Positions 36,738-45,084 of a DNA stretch of 64,000 nucleotides are shown here, in pieces; position 1 is the stretch's first letter, and each line of letters begins with the position of its first letter. The stretch is taken from the NCBI GenBank assembly GCA_016720805.1, contig JADKJZ010000002.1, forward strand, positions 213,617 to 277,616, given 5' to 3'. This stretch comes from Gemmatimonadota bacterium (GTDB lineage Bacteria > Gemmatimonadota > Gemmatimonadetes > Gemmatimonadales > GWC2-71-9). Made by a program: the position numbers and the translations under genes. A model generated the notes under the pieces. That model was not told where the DNA came from. It did not search any database and saw only the letters and a program-made list of their open reading frames with translations.

Positions 36738-39047
36738 ATGAAATTCCTCCTCCCCGCCGCCCTGCTGCTCCCCGCGCTGCTCCCGGCGCAGTCCCCGACC
36801 CATGCCGTGACGCCACCACGGGTCGAGGCCGAGGTGGTGATCGACGGCCGTCTGGATGAGGCGGTCTGGCGGCAGGCGACCCGGCTCGATGGTTTTCATC
36901 AGTTCCAGCCGGTGGACTCGCGCCCGGCCGAAGACTCGACGGTGGTGCTGGTCTGGTACTCGCCCACGGCGATCCACTTCGGCGTCCTGGCCTACGACCG
37001 GGTCCCTGAAGGGGTGCGGGCCACCGTCTCCGACCGCGACAACATCGGCAGCGACGATCAGGTCACCGTCTTCCTCGACACCTTCAACGACCGTCGCCGT
37101 GCCTACTTCTTCGGCGTGAACCCCTACGGCATCCAGGACGATGGGGTCAGGAGCGAGGGCGGCTTTTCCACCAGCAGTGGCATGTCGGGGAGCACCGACC
37201 GCAATCCCGATTTCCTCTGGCAGAGCAAGGGGATGAAGACGGACTTCGGCTGGGTGGCCGAGATTCGCGTCCCCTTCAAGTCGTTGCGCTGGGGTGGCGG
37301 GGAGATGCTGACGTGGGGACTCAACGTGCAGCGCACGACGCGCCGCACGGGGTACGACGACACCTGGACCGATGTTCGCCGCGCCAGCGCCTCGTTTCTC
37401 GGGCAGGCTGGTACGATCACCGGGATCCATGACATCAAGCGCGGGGTCGTCACCGAACTCCAGCCGACGCTGACGGCGGAACTGCCGGGGACCAGGTCGT
37501 CGAACGGCAGCTTTGACCGCGGCGACGTGCGCACCGAAATCGGCGGCAACTTCCGGCTGGGCTTCACGCAGGTGACACTCGACGGCACCATCAATCCGGA
37601 CTTCTCGCAGGTCGAGTCCGACGCCGGGCTGGTGACGATCAACGAACGCTTCGCCCTCTTCTTCCCGGAGCGGCGCCCCTTCTTCCTCGAGGGGATCGAA
37701 CTCTTCGCCTCGCCGAACAACCTGGTCTACACCCGCACCGTGGCGAATCCGCTCGCAGGCGGCAAGGTGACCGGCAAGTACGGCGCGTGGACGGTCGCCC
37801 ATTTGACGGCGCTCGACGAGTTCGGCGCGGCGCGTGACGGCAGCGCGACCGCCGACACGCGCAGTCTCGCGAATCTGACCCGACTGCGCCGCGATGTCGG
37901 CGACAACTCCGTGGCCGGGATCACCCTCACCAACCGGGACGAGGATGGCCATCACAATCGGGTCATCTCCGCCGACACGCGGATCGTCTTCAACAAGCTC
38001 TACTACTTCCAGGGGCAGCTGGGCGCGTCGTTCACCAAGGACGACCGCTCCGACAAGTTCCGTTCCGATCCGCTCTGGGATCTCGAGGTCGACCGCACCG
38101 GCCGCGCCTTCGGCTTCAACTACAAGATCACCGCGATTGGCAATGACTTCGAGACGTGGAGCGGCTTCGTCAATCGGACCGGCATCGCGACGGCGCGCGC
38201 CTTCAATCGCTACTCGGTCTACGGCTCGCGCGGCGCGCTGGTCGAGCAGGCGACCGTGTTCGGCGGCATCTCGCGGATCTACCGCTACAGCGAACTCGGC
38301 GGCAAGGCACTCGAGGGCGGCCAGGAGCTGAACGCCTCGATGCGGCTCCGCGGCGGATGGAATCTGAGCAGCCGGGGCGAACTGGCCTTTGTGCGCTTCG
38401 ATCCTGCCGCGTATGCCAACTACACGGTCGATCGAACCACTGTCGGCCTTGGCGCCGTCCCGCAGCCGTTCCCGCTTTCCTCCGGCATCTACGATGCGCT
38501 TGGCGCCTCCCTGTCGATCTCCACGCCGACCTGGCGGCTCTGGCAGGGCTCGCTGCGTGTCGAGCGCGGTACCAAGGCGATCTTCCCCGAAGCCGCCGAG
38601 GCGCGCGGAACGTCGGCCACGGCGTCGATCACCATGCGCCCGTCGCCGGCAGTGCGCGTCTTCGGGACGCTCGCGGTGCAGAAGCTCGAACGGAAGCGTG
38701 ACGGCAGCGAGTTTGCGCGCACGGTCCTGCCGCGCCTCAAGGTCGAGGTGCAGCCGAACCGGTCGCTCTTCTTCCGCATGGTGGGGGAGTACCGCAGCGA
38801 ACGGCAGTCGATGCTGATCGATCCCGTCTCCGGGGATCCCATCCTGATCAACGGCAGCGCCTCGCCTGCTCGGCAGACCGACCGCCTCCGCGTCGACTGG
38901 CTCGCGTCCTACGAGCCGACGCCCGGCACCGTCGCCTTCCTCGGCTACGGCTCGACGCTGCGCGGCGACCGGCCGCTGACCTTCCGCGCGCTGGAGCGGA
39001 CGGAGGATGGATTGTTTGTGAAGGTGGCGTATTTGTTCAGAAGGTGA
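36738..39047 (+). CDS. Secreted CBM9-like / DUF5916 family protein (putative outer-membrane barrel)
   Basis: ATG 36738 gives MKFLLPAALLLPALLPAQS. VIDGRLDEAVWRQA..F.QFQP is typical of CBM9-like N-domains. Long beta-rich C-terminus ending ..VKVAYLFRR. Confidence 0.7.
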   Translation: MKFLLPAALLLPALLPAQSPTHAVTPPRVEAEVVIDGRLDEAVWRQATRLDGFHQFQPVDSRPAEDSTVVLVWYSPTAIHFGVLAYDRVPEGVRATVSDRDNIGSDDQVTVFLDTFNDRRRAYFFGVNPYGIQDDGVRSEGGFSTSSGMSGSTDRNPDFLWQSKGMKTDFGWVAEIRVPFKSLRWGGGEMLTWGLNVQRTTRRTGYDDTWTDVRRASASFLGQAGTITGIHDIKRGVVTELQPTLTAELPGTRSSNGSFDRGDVRTEIGGNFRLGFTQVTLDGTINPDFSQVESDAGLVTINERFALFFPERRPFFLEGIELFASPNNLVYTRTVANPLAGGKVTGKYGAWTVAHLTALDEFGAARDGSATADTRSLANLTRLRRDVGDNSVAGITLTNRDEDGHHNRVISADTRIVFNKLYYFQGQLGASFTKDDRSDKFRSDPLWDLEVDRTGRAFGFNYKITAIGNDFETWSGFVNRTGIATARAFNRYSVYGSRGALVEQATVFGGISRIYRYSELGGKALEGGQELNASMRLRGGWNLSSRGELAFVRFDPAAYANYTVDRTTVGLGAVPQPFPLSSGIYDALGASLSISTPTWRLWQGSLRVERGTKAIFPEAAEARGTSATASITMRPSPAVRVFGTLAVQKLERKRDGSEFARTVLPRLKVEVQPNRSLFFRMVGEYRSERQSMLIDPVSGDPILINGSASPARQTDRLRVDWLASYEPTPGTVAFLGYGSTLRGDRPLTFRALERTEDGLFVKVAYLFRR

Positions 39048-39145
39048 ACGGTAAGCGGCAAGACGTGAGACGTAAGAGGTGAAACGGGTGCCCCACTGAC
39101 TCCGTTTCACCTTTTACGTTTCACGGCCGTTGTTCACCGTTCACC
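39043..39145. repeat. Heptamer-array hairpin element, GGTGAAC-related degenerate units
   Basis: Left arm 39043-39087 (ggtgaac ggtaagc ggcaaga cgtgaga cgtaaga ggtgaaa). Right arm 39102-39145. Spans both convergent stop codons (39047 and 39141). Confidence 0.75.
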
Positions 39146-39599
39146 CCTTCGCTCTCGTCCCCGTAATCGGCTGGGCCCCACCCATGTCGAGGTTCAGCCC
39201 CTCGATGTTCCGTTCGAGCGTTCCCTTCAGCGTGTCGCCGTCGACCTCGAAGCGATAGGTGCTGATCGAGGTCCGCACCATCTCCTCGCCATTCATGTTC
39301 ATCTTCGCCTCGCCGATGGAGACGAAGGTCACCGCGCCAGCGGTGAGCTTGGCGGCGACCCGCTTGGCCGGGCGCTCCGGCTGGCCTTCGATCGGGTCGT
39401 TCTTCAGCATCCCGATGATCGAATCGCCGACCACCGAGAAGGCGAAGCTCCCCTTGGCCATGATGGCGGTGGGGCCCTCGGGGCCGATCCGCATCCCGGC
39501 GGGGACGGTCACGTTCCACGTCCCGACGAGGGGATGGGACTGGGCGGCGAGGGCGCCCGGGAGGAGGAGGAGGGCGGCAAGCAGCAGGGGACGACGCAT
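39141..39599 (-). CDS. Secreted hypothetical protein
   Basis: ATG 39599 gives MRRPLLLAALLLLPGALAAQS. 152 aa, beta-rich. Confidence 0.55.
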   Translation of the reverse strand: MRRPLLLAALLLLPGALAAQSHPLVGTWNVTVPAGMRIGPEGPTAIMAKGSFAFSVVGDSIIGMLKNDPIEGQPERPAKRVAAKLTAGAVTFVSIGEAKMNMNGEEMVRTSISTYRFEVDGDTLKGTLERNIEGLNLDMGGAQPITGTRAKG

Positions 39600-39625
39600 G
39601 GCGAGGCAGCTCCGGTAAGAAGAGG

Positions 39626-41200
39626 ATGGGCGACTCCCCGAAGGATGCACGGCCGGGGCACACAGTCGCGTTATCGGCCGGTCAGACGTCTCCATCAGAC
39701 GATGGAGCGTCGGACATGTGCCGCGCCCCCCACTCGGGACGCCGGACTATCTTGCGAAGCCTGCGCCAGAGGCGACGGGGGAGACATGTCGGCGCACCGC
39801 TGACCGCCATTTCCCGCTACCCGCCACCCGAGGTCGCTGTCATCAATATCACCTTCCCGCCGCGCTTTCTGGCGCGGCTTTTCCGGTCGCCGGATGGGCA
39901 GGACGAGATGCTCGCCGGGCCGATCCGCGGCGAGCTGCTGGGGAGCGAGCACCTCGCGGCCCGGGTTCGTGATGCGGCCCGTGCCCAGCGACTGACCAAG
40001 GCCCGCCGTCCGCGCACGACACCCCGCCTCCTCGCGCGCCTCGACGACACGCGCCACATTCTCGACGACGCGCATGCTCGGCTGATGACCGTCGCCGACG
40101 ACGTCGACATCTCTCCCGCCGGCGAATGGCTGCTCGACAATTATCACGTCGTGCAGGAGCAGATGCGCGAGGTGCGCACCACGCTGCCACGCGGGTACTA
40201 CCGTGAGCTGCCCGAACTCGCGAGTGGCCCGCTGGCGGGCTATCCGCGCGTTTACGAGCTGGCGATCCTCCTGATTTCGCACAGCGAGGGGCGGCTCGAC
40301 GCCGAGAACATCGCGCTCGTGCTGGGTGCCTTCCAGGAGGCAACCCCGCTGGCGATCGGCGAGCTCTGGGCCATCCCCGCGATGCTCCGCCTCGGCCTGC
40401 TGGAGAGCGTGCGCCGCATGGCGCTCCGGACGGTGCAGCGTCTCGACGAGATCGGCGGCGCCGATGCGTGGGTGGCGCGGATCCTTGCCGCTGACGAGGA
40501 ACGCCCCGAGGCCCTCCGCGAAGTACTGGGCGAATTCGTCGCCGAACCCCCGGTGCTCTCGGCCGTCTTCATCTCGCGCCTCCTGCGCCAGCTTCGCGCG
40601 AGCCGCGGCGCGTTTCCGCCGCTGGCCCGCCTGGAGGCGTGGATCGGCGATCACGGCCTCCCCGCCGAGGAGGCCGACGCTCAGGCGACGCAGCGGCTGG
40701 CGCTCACGCAGTTGATGATGGCCAACAGCATCACCTCGATGCGGGCGATTGCGCAGATCAACTGGCGCGACCTGGTCGAGCAGCAGAGCGTGATGGATGC
40801 CGTGCTGCGCGGCGATCCGTCGGGCGACTATCCGCGGATGACCTTCGCCACGCGCGACTGGTATCGCCACGAAGTGGAGCGGATCGCGAAGCGAACGAGG
40901 CTGCGCGAGGAGGTGGTGGCGGCGCACGCCATCGCCCTGGCCGAGCAGGCGGAGTCCGGCGCGGCCGATGACTGCCGCCGGCACGTGGGCTACTACCTCG
41001 TCGATCACGGCTGGCGTCACCTGGTCGAGCGCACCGGGTACCGGGCCGGCCCCCGGGAGGCGTTGCATCGCTGGGTCTGCCGCCATCCGACGGCGGTGTT
41101 CGCCAGCGGCCTCGTGGCCGCCGCGTGTGCCGCCGTGGCCGCGGTCCTCTGGCTGGCGGAGCCCGCCGCGCACCCGACTGGCCCGTGCTCGTCCTGCTGA
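39626..41200 (+). CDS. cgs fragment 1 (N-terminal cytoplasmic region); true start uncertain
   Basis: The homology-like sequence begins about ..FLARLFRSPDGQDEMLAGPIRGELL. In-frame ATGs at 39716 and 39908. An ATG at 39786 lies one base out of frame. Confidence 0.6.
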   Translation: MGDSPKDARPGHTVALSAGQTSPSDDGASDMCRAPHSGRRTILRSLRQRRRGRHVGAPLTAISRYPPPEVAVINITFPPRFLARLFRSPDGQDEMLAGPIRGELLGSEHLAARVRDAARAQRLTKARRPRTTPRLLARLDDTRHILDDAHARLMTVADDVDISPAGEWLLDNYHVVQEQMREVRTTLPRGYYRELPELASGPLAGYPRVYELAILLISHSEGRLDAENIALVLGAFQEATPLAIGELWAIPAMLRLGLLESVRRMALRTVQRLDEIGGADAWVARILAADEERPEALREVLGEFVAEPPVLSAVFISRLLRQLRASRGAFPPLARLEAWIGDHGLPAEEADAQATQRLALTQLMMANSITSMRAIAQINWRDLVEQQSVMDAVLRGDPSGDYPRMTFATRDWYRHEVERIAKRTRLREEVVAAHAIALAEQAESGAADDCRRHVGYYLVDHGWRHLVERTGYRAGPREALHRWVCRHPTAVFASGLVAAACAAVAAVLWLAEPAAHPTGPCSSC

Positions 41201-44200
41201 CCCTGCTGCCGGCGATCGATGTCGCCGTGAACGCGCTCAATCAGCTCGTCACGGCGGTCCTGCCGCCGCGGGTCCTCGCGAAGCTCGACTTCCGCGAACA
41301 CGGCATTCCCGACGGCTGCCGCACCGCGGTGGTGATTCCCACCCTCTTCGACAGCGTCGCCGCGGTCGAGGACGCGCTGGAGAATCTCGAGGTGCAGTTC
41401 CTGGCCAATCGCGAATCGAACCTCCACTTCGCGCTGCTGAGCGACTTCACCGATGCGGCCACGGAAGTGGTCGACGGCGACACCGCGATCGTGGACGCGG
41501 CGACCGCGGGGATCCGCCGTCTCAACGCGCGCTACGCGCCCGACACCGAGGACGCCTGCTACCTCCTCCATCGCCCCCGCCAGTGGAACGCGGCCCAGGG
41601 CGTCTGGATGGGATGGGAACGAAAGCGCGGCAAGCTTGGCGATTTCAATCGCTTCGTCCGTGGCGACGACCATGGCGCCTTCAGCGAGACGATCGGCAAC
41701 ATGATGGCGCTGCGGCAGGTGCAATACGTCATCACGCTCGATGCCGACACGATGCTGCCGCCGGACGCCGCCCCGCTCCTCATCGGGACACTGGCGCATC
41801 CACTCAACCGCGCGGTGTACGACGCCGACCGCGGCCGGGTCGTGCGCGGCTACGGCATCCTGCAGCCGCGCGTCGCCGTGTCCCTGCCGAGCGCGCACGC
41901 GTCGCACTTCGCCGCGATCCACTCGGGACATCCCGGCGTCGACCCGTACACGACCGCCGTGTCGGACGTGTACCAGGATCTCTATGGCGAGGGTTCCTTC
42001 ACCGGGAAGGGGATCTACGACCTCGACATCTTCGAGCGGGCGACCGGCAGCCGCTTCCCCGAGAACACGTTGCTCTCGCACGACCTGATCGAGGGGAACC
42101 ACGCCCGCGCGGGGCTGGTCACCGACATCACGGTCTACGACGACTACCCGACACGATACCTGACCTGGACGCGTCGCAAGCACCGGTGGATCCGCGGCGA
42201 CTGGCAGCTGCTCTCCTGGTTGCGCCGTTGGGTACCGAGCCCCGGAGGCCGCGAACGAAACCGCCTCCCCTGGCTGTCGCGCTGGAAGATCGTCGACAAC
42301 CTTCGCCGCAGCATCGTCGAGATTGCCTTGCTCGTGATGCTCATCGTGGGATGGGCGGTGGTGCCGGTCACGCCGCTCCGCTGGACGCTGCTCGCCCTCG
42401 GCGCGATCGCGGCCCCCTGGCTCATGGCACTGCTGCTGGCCGCCCTGCGCCCACCGCTCGATGCCTCGTGGCGGGCCTACTATGGCGCGGTTGGTCGCGA
42501 CGCACTGACCTCGCTGCAACAGCTGGCGATCGCGGTGGCCGTCCTGCCGCACCAGGCCTGGACCTCAGTCGATGCGATCGGGCGCACGCTCTACCGGCTC
42601 GGCATCTCGCACCGCTTCCTCCTTCAGTGGCAGACCGCGTCCCAGGCGGAGCAGGGCACGGCCGACAGCCTCGATGCCACTTGGCGCGCCATGGCGCCCG
42701 CCCTGACCGCCACCGCCGCCCTCGTCGCGCTCGCCGCGTGGGTGGCGATCCGACACGGCGTGGACGGCACGGCCCTGGTGGTCGGCATTGTTCCGCTGCT
42801 GCTCCTCTGGGCCGCGGCGCCGGTGGCCACTTGGCGGTTGAGCGCGACGCAACACGTCGAACCGCAGCTTCGGCCAAGCGACCGTCCCGATCTGGAGCGC
42901 TATGCCGCGCTGCACTGGGCGTACTTCGAGCGCTTCGTCACGGCCGAGACCCACTGGCTGGTGCCCGACAATTTCCAGGACGATCCGGAACCGGCGATCG
43001 CCATGCGGACGTCGCCAACCAACATCGGCCTGCAACTGCTCGCGACGGTGAGCGCGCACGAGCTCGGCCTCATCTCCCTCGAGGTGATGACGGGCCGGCT
43101 CGAGGCGACGTTCGCCTCGCTCCGGGAGATGGCGCGCTATCGTGGCCACTTCTACAACTGGTACGATCTCCACACGCTCACGGTCCTGCCGCCGGCGTAC
43201 ATCTCGACGGTCGACAGCGGAAACTTCGCGGGGCACCTGGTGGCGCTCCGGCAGGGCTGCCTCGCCCTCGCCGGCACAGGTGACTGTCAGGCGCGGCTCG
43301 AGGCGATCGCCGAGCAGGCCTACGGCTTCGCGATGGCGATGGAGTTCGGCTTCCTGTACGACAAGGAGCGGCAGCTTCTGTCGATCGGCTATCAGGAAGG
43401 GAGTCATGCACTCGATCCGTCGTCGTACGACTTGCTCGCCTCCGAGGCACGCCTCGCCTCTTTCTTCGCCATCGCCAAGAATGACGTCCCGGTGGAGCAC
43501 TGGTTCCGCCTCGGACGGACGCTCACCCGCGCGTCGGGAGCGACCGCGCTGGTCTCGTGGAGCGGGAGCATGTTCGAGTACCTGATGCCGTCGCTGGTGA
43601 TGCGCGCGTTCCCGTCGACGCTGCTGGACCAGAGCTGTCGTGGCGCCGTGGCCAGGCAGGTCGCCCACGGGGCGTCGCACGGCGTCCCCTGGGGAATCAG
43701 CGAGAGCGCCTACAACCTCCGCGACCGGCACTTCATCTACCAGTACCGTGCCTTCGGCGTTCCCGACCTGGCCCTCAAGCGCGGGCTTGGTCGCGACCTG
43801 GTCGTCGCGCCCTACGCGTCGGCGCTCGCGATGCAGGTGGACGCGCCGCGCGCGCTGGCCAATCTTCGTCTCCTCGAGCGCGAGGGGGCGATCGGCCGAT
43901 ACGGCTTCCGGGATGCCATCGATTACACCCGTCCCGTTCCCGGCGAGCGACTCGCGGTGGTGCAGTCATTCATGGCGCACCACGTGGGGATGGGCCTGGT
44001 CGCCTTCACCAACGTGCTGCGCGGCGACGTCTGGCAACGGCGCTTCCACGCCGACCCGCTCGTGCAGGGGGCCGAGCTCCTGCTGCACGAACGGATTCCG
44101 CGGCGCGTCGCGCTGCAGCCCACGCAGTCGGCGCAAACCGCCGAGGCCAGGCCAGCGGCCGACGCCGACCGGCCGTCGATCCGGACCATCACCGACCCCG

Positions 44201-45084
44201 ACCTCGGCCCGCCGCGCGTGGCGCTGCTCGGGCGGCTTCCGTACACCATCATGGTCAGCAGCGGGGGGGGTGGCTACAGCCGCTACGAGGCGCTGGCCGT
44301 GACGCGCTGGCGCGCGGATGCCACGCGCGACGCGACCGGGCAGTTCTGCTACCTGCGGGATCTCACGACCGATCGGCGCTGGTCGGCGACGCACCAGCCG
44401 ATGTGCATCCCCGCGGACTGGAGCCACGCGACCCTTGCCAGCGACCGCGTCACCTTCCATCGTGGCGATGGCGACATCGAGAGTCGTACTGAGATCGCGG
44501 TCGTGCCGGACGACTCGGCCGAAGTGCGCCGGGTGACGCTGACCAACCACGGCGACGTGCCGCATGAGATCGAGCTGACGAGCTACGGGGAGATCGTCCT
44601 GGCACCGGGCGCCTCCGATCGGGCACACCCGGCGTTCTCCTCGCTCTTCGTCCAGACGGAATGGCATCCCTGGTGCAGCGCCATCACCGCGACGCGCCGC
44701 CCGCGCGCGGCAACCGATGCGGTGCACTGGTGCGTCCACGTGGTGGCGACCAGTGCCGAGCAGGTCGGCACCGTCAGTTGCGAGAGTGATCGGGCGCGCT
44801 TCCTCGGGCGTGGCCGCACGCTGCGCGACCCGGCGGCACTCGCAGGTCGATGGTCCGCTCTCAGGGGACCACCGGCCCGGTGCTCGACCCGGTCTTCGCC
44901 ATTCGGATCCGGATCCGGCTGGCGCCCGGGCAGTCCGGCTCGGTGGCCTTCACCACCCTGGTCGCGACCACCCGCGCACGCGCCTTCGAGCTGGCGGGTC
45001 GCTATCACGATCCACACGCCGCGCAACGCGCCCTCGACCTGGCGTGGACCTCGACACAGGCCGAATTGCGCGAGTTGCAGGTGA
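41125..45084 (+). CDS. cgs fragment 2 (TM, GT84 glycosyltransferase and central domain)
   Basis: The meaningful sequence runs from about DWPVLVLLTLLPAIDV (41175) to ..FLGRGRTLRDPAAL (about 44850). The tail to 45084 is out-of-frame read-through. Confidence 0.7.
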   Translation: MCRRGRGPLAGGARRAPDWPVLVLLTLLPAIDVAVNALNQLVTAVLPPRVLAKLDFREHGIPDGCRTAVVIPTLFDSVAAVEDALENLEVQFLANRESNLHFALLSDFTDAATEVVDGDTAIVDAATAGIRRLNARYAPDTEDACYLLHRPRQWNAAQGVWMGWERKRGKLGDFNRFVRGDDHGAFSETIGNMMALRQVQYVITLDADTMLPPDAAPLLIGTLAHPLNRAVYDADRGRVVRGYGILQPRVAVSLPSAHASHFAAIHSGHPGVDPYTTAVSDVYQDLYGEGSFTGKGIYDLDIFERATGSRFPENTLLSHDLIEGNHARAGLVTDITVYDDYPTRYLTWTRRKHRWIRGDWQLLSWLRRWVPSPGGRERNRLPWLSRWKIVDNLRRSIVEIALLVMLIVGWAVVPVTPLRWTLLALGAIAAPWLMALLLAALRPPLDASWRAYYGAVGRDALTSLQQLAIAVAVLPHQAWTSVDAIGRTLYRLGISHRFLLQWQTASQAEQGTADSLDATWRAMAPALTATAALVALAAWVAIRHGVDGTALVVGIVPLLLLWAAAPVATWRLSATQHVEPQLRPSDRPDLERYAALHWAYFERFVTAETHWLVPDNFQDDPEPAIAMRTSPTNIGLQLLATVSAHELGLISLEVMTGRLEATFASLREMARYRGHFYNWYDLHTLTVLPPAYISTVDSGNFAGHLVALRQGCLALAGTGDCQARLEAIAEQAYGFAMAMEFGFLYDKERQLLSIGYQEGSHALDPSSYDLLASEARLASFFAIAKNDVPVEHWFRLGRTLTRASGATALVSWSGSMFEYLMPSLVMRAFPSTLLDQSCRGAVARQVAHGASHGVPWGISESAYNLRDRHFIYQYRAFGVPDLALKRGLGRDLVVAPYASALAMQVDAPRALANLRLLEREGAIGRYGFRDAIDYTRPVPGERLAVVQSFMAHHVGMGLVAFTNVLRGDVWQRRFHADPLVQGAELLLHERIPRRVALQPTQSAQTAEARPAADADRPSIRTITDPDLGPPRVALLGRLPYTIMVSSGGGGYSRYEALAVTRWRADATRDATGQFCYLRDLTTDRRWSATHQPMCIPADWSHATLASDRVTFHRGDGDIESRTEIAVVPDDSAEVRRVTLTNHGDVPHEIELTSYGEIVLAPGASDRAHPAFSSLFVQTEWHPWCSAITATRRPRAATDAVHWCVHVVATSAEQVGTVSCESDRARFLGRGRTLRDPAALAGRWSALRGPPARCSTRSSPFGSGSGWRPGSPARWPSPPWSRPPAHAPSSWRVAITIHTPRNAPSTWRGPRHRPNCASCR

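Noticed and set aside
1065-39145. Heptamer tandem arrays as CRISPR arrays or as genes for repetitive peptides (MMDDG.., SSIIHHP.., PFTVHRS..)
   Set aside because: The 7-nt period has no unique spacers, so they are not CRISPR arrays. The period is not a multiple of three, and the arms are reverse complements of each other, so the repetitive ORFs in the track (for example 890-1084, 1102-1419, 5910-6203, and the N-terminal extensions of 6077 and 17443) are artefacts.
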